In this document: piece after piece, positions 35,968-44,883 of the stretch
Layout: every line of letters begins with the position of its first letter
How positions within the stretch are numbered: position 1 is the stretch's first letter
Origin: an uncultured Verrucomicrobiae bacterium
GTDB taxonomy: Bacteria; Verrucomicrobiota; Verrucomicrobiia; Limisphaerales; Palsa-1400
NCBI GenBank assembly: GCA_963764165.1
Contig: CAVXRD010000002.1
Location: 384,001-448,000, forward strand
Reading direction: 5' to 3'
DNA length: 64,000 bases
Translations under genes and position numbers: made by a program
Notes under the pieces: model-generated
The model's database searches: none
Told to the model about the DNA's origin: nothing
Seen by the model: only the letters and a program-made list of their open reading frames with translations

Positions 35968-37650
35968 GAGACTGTCTTAAAACGTTTTAGTCTGGCCGAT
36001 CTGGTTATATGGGCACCAATAGGGGCTGTGGAAACGGGTGTCAACTTTTAGTTGTCAGAGCGTGGCTGGCGTCAGCGATGACGCCAAGCTTCCCTTTCCC
36101 TCCTTTTTTAGGCCGCCATCGCCAAATTTCCTTCAACCGCGGCGGTTTTGACTTCCATTTTCGGCGTCTGGACCCGGGCCTGCCACTTTTTATAGAGGAT
36201 TCGCAGGTTCAAGGTGGCGCATAACAAGGCCCATTGGGCTTGCACGGCTTCCAGACCCCAAACTGTCCAACGCCGAAAGCCGTCGTGTTGCTTGAGCTGC
36301 CCAAACCGGCGTTCGATGATCTCTTTGCGCTTTCCATAAAGCGCGGCGGGTCCTGGCTCTTGCAGCCGGGCCCGCATGGCTTGCACCAGCGTGGTGTGCG
36401 GCCACACTTCGACTTGCCGCCCTTTGGGATCGCGGCTGCAGAGGGCGCGCACGGGACAGTCTCGGTGATGGCAGCGGAAGCGCTCAACGGTCTGGCCTTT
36501 CTTGGTGGTCTGGCCTTCGTGGTCCAGAAGGCGCTCTTGCGGGCAGGTGACGGTGTGGGCCGCCTCGTCATAATGAAAATGCTGCGTCGCGTAGGCGTTG
36601 TCGTGGGCTGGCTTGCCCTCCGCCGGCGGGGCCAGCACATTCATCTGCTGTTCCACGGCCGCTTTCAAGTCGGCCCCGCCCCCATAGCCGGCGTCGGCGG
36701 CGGTGAGGGTTGGAATGGCCGCCGGACCGAGGTTTTGCCTCGCTTCTTCAATCATGGGGACCAGCTGGCCGGCGTCGGTTTCCTGGCGGGTGGCTTGACA
36801 GGCGACCATGATGCCCTCCTGGCTGTCGGCCACCGCCTGGGCGTTGTAGGCAAAGCGGTTGGTGTCGCCGACTTTCATCCGGCGCGCCTCCGGTTCGGCT
36901 GGATGGTAATGGTGGCGCCCGTCGGCCTGCAGCTGGGCCAGGCCTTTTTTGATTTCCTCGCGCAGGGCCTGGCGCTGGGCCAACCCGGCGGGCAGCCGGC
37001 AGCCCGGTGCGCTGGAATCCTGGTTCTCCGCCACGACTTTGAGCTCGATTTCCTCCAAGGCGCCATCCAGCTGGGCCAGGAGCTTCTCCATGTAAACCTT
37101 GCTCCAGCCCTGCGGCCCGCTGCAGGCGGCTTGAATCTTGGTGCCGTCCAACGCTTGCAAGGCAAATCCCACCGCCCCGGTGCGGAGGGCCAGCTGCACG
37201 GTTTGCTTGAAAACCTGGCGCAGGGCCTTTTTGTTTCCGTCCCAGAACCGCCAGAGGCTGTTGTGGTCGGGGGCGTTGAGCCCCGTCAGCCACAGCAGCG
37301 AGACATGCTCCGTGCAGGCGGTTTCCAGCTTGCGGGTGGAGCGAATGCGGTGGAAATAACCGTAAAGCCAAATCTTGAGCAGGAGGCTGGGGGCATAGGG
37401 CGGACGGCCTTCGGCGGCGGCGGGAATGACAAACCCAAGCTGGGGCAGATCCAACTGGTCGACAAATTCGCGCAGGAAGCGGGCGGGATGGTCGGCGGAC
37501 ACCCAGTCCTCCAGGGCGGGCGGGAGGAGGAACTGCTGTCCGTAATCAGGGGCAATCGGTTGAGCCATATTTGTTGAACGGCATTGTCAACTAAAGGCTC
37601 ACATATTGTCAAATACATTCCTCAAAAAACAGAAGTTTTGAGACAATCTC
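35968..37650 (-). mobile_element. complete IS1182-family element (1683 bp)
   Basis: TIRs GAGACTGTCTTAAAAC / GTTTTGAGACAATCTC (14/16 match), 4-bp duplication GGCG. Confidence 0.92.
36108..37568 (-). CDS. IS1182-family DDE transposase
   Basis: GRPPYAP..LLKIWLYGY, PDHNSLWRF, LDGTKIQA, AYNAQ, ADAGY, IERRFGQLK. Confidence 0.94.
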   Translation of the reverse strand: MAQPIAPDYGQQFLLPPALEDWVSADHPARFLREFVDQLDLPQLGFVIPAAAEGRPPYAPSLLLKIWLYGYFHRIRSTRKLETACTEHVSLLWLTGLNAPDHNSLWRFWDGNKKALRQVFKQTVQLALRTGAVGFALQALDGTKIQAACSGPQGWSKVYMEKLLAQLDGALEEIELKVVAENQDSSAPGCRLPAGLAQRQALREEIKKGLAQLQADGRHHYHPAEPEARRMKVGDTNRFAYNAQAVADSQEGIMVACQATRQETDAGQLVPMIEEARQNLGPAAIPTLTAADAGYGGGADLKAAVEQQMNVLAPPAEGKPAHDNAYATQHFHYDEAAHTVTCPQERLLDHEGQTTKKGQTVERFRCHHRDCPVRALCSRDPKGRQVEVWPHTTLVQAMRARLQEPGPAALYGKRKEIIERRFGQLKQHDGFRRWTVWGLEAVQAQWALLCATLNLRILYKKWQARVQTPKMEVKTAAVEGNLAMAA

Positions 37651-37825
37651 GGCGAGGCGTCCCTACCAATCAACGAGCTGGGCGCTCGTTGATTTTCAAT
37701 GGATTACGAGAATTAAGATGCGTCTGCCCTGATGGGAGGAATGAGAGAAGTGCGAGGGAGGGGAATGGGCGCGGTCTCGTTGAATGGAGCGGACGGAAGG
37801 ATTGAAACACTCCTCTCCATCCGAT

Positions 37826-37932
37826 AATTATATGATATCCAAAAAGTGGCAACATCCGTTACATGGTTGATTGCGAGGCGTTTAAGTGGCAACAAAAATG
37901 GCAACAAGGTGGCAACAGACTGGCAACATTTT
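37826..37932 (+). repeat. dispersed GGYAACA-box element, copy B
   Basis: TGGCAACA at 37847, 37887, 37899, 37910 and 37921. Confidence 0.75.
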
Positions 37933-38028
37933 GGCGGCGCGTCAAAAATTTGCGCAGGCTCTTTGCAAAATCGAATTGCGGAAAGCATTCGCAGATGGCT
38001 GGCATCAATACTGCTGGAATCAATTCAC

Positions 38029-39585
38029 ATGGCGCTCAAAGAATACGTCCGCAAACGGGATTTCAAAAAGACCGCCGAGCCTCGCGGGCGAATCGAGACC
38101 AAACCTTCTTCGCATCGTTTCGTCATCCAGAAGCACGATGCCTCACGGCTGCACTACGATTTTCGCCTGGAGATGGATGGCGTGCTGAAATCCTGGGCCG
38201 TGCCCAAAGGCCCGCCCTATTCCAAAGCGGATAAGCGGCTCGCCGTCGAGGTTGAGGATCACCCGGTTTCCTACATTGATTTTGAAGGCACCATTCCGAA
38301 GGGGCAATACGGCGGCGGGACGGTGATGGTCTGGGATCGCGGAACGTTCGAAGCCACCAGCGAGACGCCGGAAAAAGATCTGGCCGGTGGCAAACTCCAC
38401 TTTCAGTTGCACGGCAAAAAACTCAACGGCGAGTGGTATCTGGTGCGCCTCAAAGACGAAAAGCAATGGCTCCTGATCAAGGCCGGCGAAAGCATGAAGC
38501 CAATCTCCGCCAAACAAGACGACACATCCGCCATCTCTGGCAAATCTATGAAACAACTTTCGCGCAGCGGCCAAGTCTGGGAATCCAATCGCGCTTCTCA
38601 GGAGCAGCCCGAACTCGTTCAACCGCCCGCCAAAGCGCCGGCCGGCAAAGCCTCGGCCAAATCGAAAGGCGCGGAATTGGAAGTCGACGGCGTGAAAATG
38701 AAGGTCAGCAATCTCGGCAAAATTTACTATCCAAAAACGGGATTCACCAAGGGAAATGTCATCGACTATTACATCCGCATTTCGCCCTTCCTGCTGCCTC
38801 ATTTGAAGAATCGCCCCATCACGCTGAAACGCTATCCCGAAGGCGTTGAAGGATTTTTCTTTTACGAAAAACAGTGCCCGGCCAACAAACCGGAGTGGAT
38901 GAACACAACGGATGTTCCAAGGTCGGACGGATCCATCATTCATTACTGCCTTGTTGACACGCTTCCAAGCCTCGTCTGGGCGGCCAACATGTCGGACCTG
39001 GAGCTGCATACATTTCTCCATCGGACACCCGCCATCGCGCGCCCAACAATCCTGGCCTTCGACCTGGACCCCGGCCCGCCGGCGGACATCGTTCTTTGCA
39101 GCACCGTTGGCCTGCGATTGAAGGCGCTGTTCGATTCGCTGAAGCTCAAATGCTTTGCGAAGACTTCGGGATCAAAGGGGCTCCAAGTATACGTTCCGCT
39201 AAACACCCCGGCGGCTTACAAGCAAACGAAATCCTTCGCCCGCGAAGTGGCCGCCGCGCTCGAGCGCGAATTTCCAGAAATGGTGCTGCAAAAAATGCAG
39301 CGCGATTTGAGAAAGGGAAAAGTATTCGTGGATTGGAGCCAGAACGACGACCACAAAACGACGGTCAGCGTTTACTCGCTCCGGGCCAGGGAGCATCCCA
39401 CAGTTTCGACTCCGGTCACCTGGGACGAAGTGGCGGCGGCCGCGAAAAAGAACGACGCCAAACGATTGGTATTTGAGACGGAAGACGTCCTCAAACGAGT
39501 GGAGAAAGATGGCGACTTGTTCGCTGAGGTGCAGACTCTGAAACAGAAACTGCCAAATATAAACGCGAACGAGATGAGTTTTTAA
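38029..39585 (+). CDS. ligD: LigD phosphoesterase + primase-polymerase protein lacking the ligase domain
   Basis: PE domain: FVIQKHDASRLHYDFRLE, SWAVPKGP, VEDHP. POL domain: LKRYPEG, FDLDPG, KTSGSKG, VDWSQN. Confidence 0.9.
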   Translation: MALKEYVRKRDFKKTAEPRGRIETKPSSHRFVIQKHDASRLHYDFRLEMDGVLKSWAVPKGPPYSKADKRLAVEVEDHPVSYIDFEGTIPKGQYGGGTVMVWDRGTFEATSETPEKDLAGGKLHFQLHGKKLNGEWYLVRLKDEKQWLLIKAGESMKPISAKQDDTSAISGKSMKQLSRSGQVWESNRASQEQPELVQPPAKAPAGKASAKSKGAELEVDGVKMKVSNLGKIYYPKTGFTKGNVIDYYIRISPFLLPHLKNRPITLKRYPEGVEGFFFYEKQCPANKPEWMNTTDVPRSDGSIIHYCLVDTLPSLVWAANMSDLELHTFLHRTPAIARPTILAFDLDPGPPADIVLCSTVGLRLKALFDSLKLKCFAKTSGSKGLQVYVPLNTPAAYKQTKSFAREVAAALEREFPEMVLQKMQRDLRKGKVFVDWSQNDDHKTTVSVYSLRAREHPTVSTPVTWDEVAAAAKKNDAKRLVFETEDVLKRVEKDGDLFAEVQTLKQKLPNINANEMSF

Positions 39586-39647
39586 TTGAACGAGCCCCGG
39601 GCTCGTTGATTGGCAGGGACGCCTCGGAATTGACTGGCAGGGTCCTG

Positions 39648-40220
39648 ATGCTAAACTCGGGCGTGCCTCAGACATTCACAGGTGCGGAATTGAGATTGGA
39701 CGAGTGGTTCGCGGAATTAGACCGTCATACCCGGCGCATTCCGCTGGCCGTTCTGACGGAGGGTCTGAAGCGCCTGCGGATTGACGCGAATGAAGTCCAG
39801 CCTTTCGTGCAATTTTCTCCAGAGCGGTATCGCCGCAATCTGATGCGGGCCGGTCCCGCTTACCATGCGTTGATGCTATGCTGGCGCAACGGACAGCGCA
39901 GCCCCATCCACGACCATCGCGGCTCCGCCTGCGGAGTGCGTGTGATAAGTGGCGAAGCGACCGAAACGATTTTTGAGATGACCGACGAGGGCCATGTTTT
40001 TCCGACGCGGACCCGCAAGCTCAGCGAGGGTTTCATTTGCGCGACCGAAGATCTGGACATGCACCAGCTATCGAATCTCCAATCGAACAAAGCGGACTTG
40101 ATCACTCTGCACATCTATTCGCCGCCGCTGCTAGAGATGGGCCAGTATTCGCTGATGGATTCAGAGGTGCGCGAATTTAAGGACGAGATCCACCAGTTCA
40201 TGCATGGGTCGGGGATTTAG
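39648..40220 (+). CDS. cysteine dioxygenase (type I) family protein
   Basis: YRRNL, LCW, SPIHDH, third His in HQL, TLHIYSPP; start uncertain (39648 or 39663). Confidence 0.88.
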   Translation: MLNSGVPQTFTGAELRLDEWFAELDRHTRRIPLAVLTEGLKRLRIDANEVQPFVQFSPERYRRNLMRAGPAYHALMLCWRNGQRSPIHDHRGSACGVRVISGEATETIFEMTDEGHVFPTRTRKLSEGFICATEDLDMHQLSNLQSNKADLITLHIYSPPLLEMGQYSLMDSEVREFKDEIHQFMHGSGI

Positions 40221-40498
40221 CGTGATCAGAAAATGCCGGCGCTAACCAGACGCTGGCCTCGTCATTTGCGAACAACCCCTCGCCGGAACACTGCCCGTCC
40301 CAAGTGCCCGCGTACGCGTCAACATGCTCCTGCATTGGGTTCGCGACCGATTTCGCCTTGCACTGGCGGGCCAGATGGGCGGGCAATCGAATCGCCAACG
40401 TCTTTGTCATACACTCCCAAGTGTTACAGAAATTACAGCAAGACCTCAAGGCTGGAAACATTGCGCTTTTGAGCCGATCAACCACCCCGGAGGCTCGC

Positions 40499-40585
40499 AA
40501 CAGAAGGAAACGAAGTAAACGAGGAGGGACAAGTCCTTTGTTCGGCGCGGTTCTCCCTCCTTCGTTCACTTCGTTTCCTTCTGTT
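40499..40585. repeat. inverted repeat, family C
   Basis: AACAGAAGGAAACGAAGTAAACGAGGAGGGA ... TCCCTCCTTCGTTCACTTCGTTTCCTTCTGTT. Confidence 0.7.
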
Positions 40586-40631
40586 GGCCCTTTTTCCTGT
40601 GTTCATGAGTTCCAGATTCATTTTGTCCCTG

Positions 40632-42158
40632 TCATTGCGGGACGGTGTTGTAGAAGCGGGCGGGGTAATTGGGAGCGTTGGTGTCGGTGAATTGCATCAG
40701 GCCGTTGGTGTCGGCGGTGGCGGCGCCTATGCCAAACCAGTTGATCAGGTTGGGGCTGGCTTCGATGGTGAAGATTTCGCCGGGAGAGCCTTGAGTCTGG
40801 AGCAGCATCGAGCCGTTCGATGTCTTTTGCAATTTGACCGGCGAATATTTGATGAGGACAAATTCGGTTCCGCCAGCCCCGGTGTCTTCATAGCCAGCGA
40901 CGTAGACATTTCCCGCGTTATCCACTTCGATGGCGTTGCCGACGGCATTGCCGCCGCTGGGGGCGGCGTAGGTTTGCAGCCAAAGCTGGTTGCCATTCGG
41001 GCCGTAGGCGATGGTGACGATGCCGGTGGTGGAACCTGTGCATGACCATCCCGTCACATACGAATTCCCAAACGAATCGATGGCAATGGCGGTCGCCACG
41101 CTTCGCACATTTTGAGATGCCACGGCCGGATAGAGGTTTGTCCACGCCCAATCCGCATTGGTATCGGCTTTGTAGGTTCCGAATAGAGTGGTCGCATAGG
41201 AGTAATTGGGAGCAAAATAACACGACGTTCCGGTTACTATGGCATTGCCTTGTCGATCCAACCCCAGCGCATAAGGCCCCAGGTCAGTACAGTCAACAGG
41301 ACTGTCATCACTCCAAAGCACATCTCCCACAACACCGAACTTTACCGTAAAAGGAGGAAGCTCGAAGACATTTGCTTCAGCCCAAATGTTCCCGAATACG
41401 TCGATGGCAAGGGTGGTTATTGTAAAAAGAGCGCCATCTAATTGGTAGAAGCCCGTCCACGTTTGACTCCCGTTAGCGGCATATTTCACCAAAAGCAGTC
41501 TATATTCTTGGAAGTCATACGGATAGTTGCCGGCCACATAGGTGTTGCCGGCGCTGTCCACGGTAACCGCTTCGGCATATCCTGGACCCCAGTAGGATGA
41601 CCCGGGATACGTGTTCATCCACACATTGCTCCCCATCGAATTGAGTTTTACCGTCGCGTTGGATGACGCAAATCCGGTGATTGCGACATTTCCGTTTGTA
41701 TCGACCGCCATTGATGCACCGTCGTAGGGCGCAGTCCAAAGCTCATTTCCGTTGGAGTCGTATTTGGCGGTGAGCGCACTACCGGTAATGATCACGTTGT
41801 TGCTGTTATCGAGAGCCAGGGCTGCCGGTTCGGCCAATGGAAAATTCGTGGAATCATAACGGGCCACCCAAATTTGGATTCCGTTCGGAGCGTATTTGAC
41901 GGTCGCGTAGCCAAGGTTAGTCTTGGCGTTCTGTGAAAACCCAGTCACCAGAATATTTGAACTGGAATCCATCGCCATTTTGAGCGCCTGATTTGTTCCC
42001 GCAGGGAAGCCGTTGTCGTATCGAGCGATCCATGCTTGTTGAATCTGAGCGCCAGCCAACAGTGGAAATAGCATTACGTAGAGAAATAAAGATGGTGCTC
42101 TGAAGCATGACATTTTAGCCATTCCAAACGCGTTGAGTTTTTGCAAGATGCGTTTCAT
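40632..42158 (-). CDS. secreted beta-propeller (SBBP-like repeat) protein
   Basis: Repeated (A/V)xDxxGNxYVxG and KYxxNGxxxW motifs, signal peptide, C-terminal NLINW..RFY domain. Confidence 0.85.
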   Translation of the reverse strand: MKRILQKLNAFGMAKMSCFRAPSLFLYVMLFPLLAGAQIQQAWIARYDNGFPAGTNQALKMAMDSSSNILVTGFSQNAKTNLGYATVKYAPNGIQIWVARYDSTNFPLAEPAALALDNSNNVIITGSALTAKYDSNGNELWTAPYDGASMAVDTNGNVAITGFASSNATVKLNSMGSNVWMNTYPGSSYWGPGYAEAVTVDSAGNTYVAGNYPYDFQEYRLLLVKYAANGSQTWTGFYQLDGALFTITTLAIDVFGNIWAEANVFELPPFTVKFGVVGDVLWSDDSPVDCTDLGPYALGLDRQGNAIVTGTSCYFAPNYSYATTLFGTYKADTNADWAWTNLYPAVASQNVRSVATAIAIDSFGNSYVTGWSCTGSTTGIVTIAYGPNGNQLWLQTYAAPSGGNAVGNAIEVDNAGNVYVAGYEDTGAGGTEFVLIKYSPVKLQKTSNGSMLLQTQGSPGEIFTIEASPNLINWFGIGAATADTNGLMQFTDTNAPNYPARFYNTVPQ

Positions 42159-42339
42159 AAGGTTATTGGGATAAATGAATCGAGCTGGAAAGTGGATCGA
42201 GAAACAAGGAATTTGAATGCAAATTAATATCGTTGCAAGTGTTCGAGCCAGGAAACCAGCCGAAGCTGTTGTCAGTCCGCAATTGGATATGAAAGGTGAC
42301 TCCAGCCCCCCAAGGCGTTGCCGAAAATTTGGGCGGCAT

Positions 42340-42501
42340 TCAGGTCGGAGATGATGATGTTATTCCCGCCGAATCCAGGGCCATTTTTACGGCGGCATTG
42401 GTTCCATTGGAAATGCCGTTGTTATAGTGGGCAACCAAAGCCTGCTGGATTTGAGCGTGGGCGGGGAGAACAATGAGGAGGGTCAACAACACGCCGATCA
42501 T
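42340..42501 (-). pseudogene. N-terminal fragment of a paralog of 40632-42158
   Basis: AHAQIQQALVAHYNNGISNGTNAAVKMALDSAG versus AGAQIQQAWIARYDNGFPAGTNQALKMAMDSSS. Confidence 0.7.
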
Positions 42502-42505
42502 AACC

Positions 42506-42600
42506 GGACGCCTTGGTCCGCCTTTGCATGGCTTCTGCTCGACAAGCGAGGCGTCCCTACCTTCAAGAGAAGTCACGGCTCGACAGAGTCTCGCCCTACC
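42506..42600 (-). repeat. two GTAG-type REPs (family B and a relative)
   Basis: GGACGCCTTG..GCGAGGCGTCCCTACC and CGGCTCGACAGAGTCTCGCCCTACC. Confidence 0.65.
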
Positions 42601-42887
42601 AGTATGGAATAAATTTTTCGTAGAATGAGTTTCCAATGTGGGCGGAGGATGAAATGGGGTTTAAGAAAGGGGGCGCTTGCGCCGGCCAGTGACGCAGAGG
42701 GTGCATTCTGAGAGCGGGATTGCGAAGCTTCGCAAGTTCATGGAGTTGCTTTCAACAAAAGCCGCCAAAGCCCAAAAAACACGGAATGGATGCTTGTAGG
42801 GATCGCGTAAGCTTGGCTGGCACAGGATTGGACAATAGAAATATTCCAAGTCCAGGTCAAGTGGGTTTTGTGAAGGGGTATAATCAA

Positions 42888-43150
42888 GGGCGCATCTCAC
42901 TTTTTGGCAATCCCTTGCCGACGAAACGCGGATTCCCTCGCCCTGCGAAGCGGGGAGAGGGTTAGGGAGAGGGGCGGTTAGGAAGCGACTGAAATCCATC
43001 GGCCTCAATGCGCATCGCCTCGCCTAGCTTTAATGAGTTGCCCCTCTCTCCTTCTCTCTCCCCGCCAAGCGTGGCGGGGAGAGAGCGATCACTTGTCGCT
43101 CTGCGGAGCTTTTTGCAGAAGTCCGCCCTCACTAAAACTGAGATGCGCCC
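42888..43150. mobile_element. 263-bp MITE with a 9-bp target-site duplication
   Basis: TIRs GGGCGCATCTCA / TGAGATGCGCCC flanked on both sides by TATAATCAA. Confidence 0.85.
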
Positions 43151-43531
43151 TATAATCAAAGGCCGTGATTAGAAGTGGGTGAGGTTCGGAGATCGTTAGG
43201 CGCGGCTGTGTCGAAAACCAGCCGCAGCACCTTGTCACCAGTCGCGTCTTTTCGGTTTCGCGCGCTGCGGCTGGCCTGCGACAAAGCCGTATCGAAATAC
43301 CACTACATCGTGTAATTGCAGTCTTAATTGACGGAAGGGCCTGCCGGCCTTATGTTTCTTCCTGCCGCCGCCTGGGCGCGTTCTTTGATATGTTGCGGAT
43401 TTCACAGCCCGGGAACAGTTGTTCTGACCGGGGCGGAGGCATCCTCGTCTGGGTGCGCGTGAAAATGCTTTGGGCGTTGTGCGTGAATAACACGGCCGGG
43501 CGAGGCTGCCAATAAACCTGTGCAATGGGCG

Positions 43532-43613
43532 GATCCCGGCAGGGATGCGAGCTTGTAGCCGTTGGTTGAGCGGAGCGCTACCACCGGCTGCAAGCTGGGA
43601 TGCCTCTGGCGTC
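43532..43613. repeat. REP-like family A, collapsed inverted doublet
   Basis: AGCTTGTAGCCGTTGGTTGAGCG..ACCACCGGCTGCAAGCTGGGATGCC. Confidence 0.75.
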
Positions 43614-43775
43614 TCTCGCCGCCGCGCATTTGACTCTTTAAACAGTTCATTGGCTCTTCTCACCGATTCGTTATTTGAGGGCTCCTGCGGAGCCATGCCT
43701 TTCGCATGCCTTGCGCCCGTTACCGCCGGAGATCACTCAGACCTCAAAACGGAGCGGCCAAATCGCTGTCGGGGC

Positions 43776-44044
43776 GTTGCAGGCTATTGCACCCTATTGC
43801 ACCCTTGGCTTTTGCGACCAAAAACGCGTCGGCCCCAGCCCCGTTATCGGGCTTATGCGCGGACGGTCGCGATTCCGAAAACAACGCCGTGCGCGGCGGA
43901 ATTCCTCGTGTCCTTTGTTTCCTGGGTGTGGAGAATCCCCCTGTGTTCCGAAAATGTTACCGATGTGTTACCATTTTGTTACCGTGTAAATTGCTTACTA
44001 TCAACGATGTAACCGATGTTACCGATTTTTCGAGATTATATAAT
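43776..44044 (-). repeat. dispersed GGYAACA-box element, copy C, with TGCAATAG repeats
   Basis: TGTTACC at 43955, 43966, 43977 and 44017; TGTAACC at 44008; CTATTGCACCCTATTGCAC near 43790. Confidence 0.75.
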
Positions 44045-44268
44045 GATTCGCATCTAAAGGGCGTTCGGCGACCGACCCGGCCCTGAAATGGAACGCGGAG
44101 GGAAACCGAGGACGCAGGGAAAAGCAGGCGTTTTTCTCCAAAAGGCATCTTTTCTCCTCTGCGGCCTCGGCCGTAGTCCTGTTCAACCTTTTCATTTCCC
44201 GGCCACGAGCGGGGCCGAATTTCATGTTTGCGCTTTCCCGGGTGAGGGGCAAGTTTAGGCACATTGTT

Positions 44269-44835
44269 ATGGAGAATATCCAGCCATCAGAGCCATCGTT
44301 CCTGGCGCGCCTGAGCACGGCGGTGTCGTGCTTTACCCGTGCGCTGGCCAGCCCCGACTTTTGCCGGAAAGTCAGCGCACTGTTGCGCCCTTCAGAGGCT
44401 CGAGTGAGTCAAACCGCTCCGAGCGCGCCGATGGCCCCCATTGCGCCGAAGCCGCGCGTCGATTCATCGGGACTCGTCGTCCTTTCGATGCTTCAGCGAG
44501 AGGGTCGGCTGATCGATTTTCTGAAGGAGGACATGGCGGGTTATTCGGATGCGGATATTGGCGCGGCCGCGCGGGTCGTCCATGCCGGGTGCCGCAAAAT
44601 TTGCTCGGACTATCTGACGATCGAGCCGGTGTTCAAGGAGCCTGAGGGAGCGGCGATCAGCGTGCCGGCCGGGTTCGATGCGCACCGCATTCGGCTCAGC
44701 GGCAACATCGCCGGGCAGCCCCCGTTTCGCGGCACGCTCAAGCACCATGGCTGGGTGGCGACGGACGTGCGGCTTCCCGCCGTTTCTGAAACGCTTGATC
44801 CGCGCGTGCTGGCGGCGGCGGAAATCGAGCTTTAA
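44269..44835 (+). CDS. DUF2760-family protein
   Basis: LQREGRLIDFLKED..YSDADIGAAARVVH, GTLKHHGW, AAAEIEL. Confidence 0.85.
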   Translation: MENIQPSEPSFLARLSTAVSCFTRALASPDFCRKVSALLRPSEARVSQTAPSAPMAPIAPKPRVDSSGLVVLSMLQREGRLIDFLKEDMAGYSDADIGAAARVVHAGCRKICSDYLTIEPVFKEPEGAAISVPAGFDAHRIRLSGNIAGQPPFRGTLKHHGWVATDVRLPAVSETLDPRVLAAAEIEL

Positions 44836-44883
44836 CCTTGCAGCCTCAATTGATTTTACTGTCAGCGAATTTGGAATTGTCTT

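Noticed and set aside
37847..37930. TGGCAACA repeats as a CRISPR array
   Set aside because: Repeats are 8 bp with 3-4 bp gaps, and no cas genes are present.
37846..38028. 61-aa N-terminal extension of ligD
   Set aside because: It is translated repeat element; LigD similarity begins at MALKEY (38029).
39589..39607. Palindrome AACGAGCCCCGGGCTCGTT as an intrinsic terminator
   Set aside because: No U-tract follows on the ligD strand, so the function cannot be supported.
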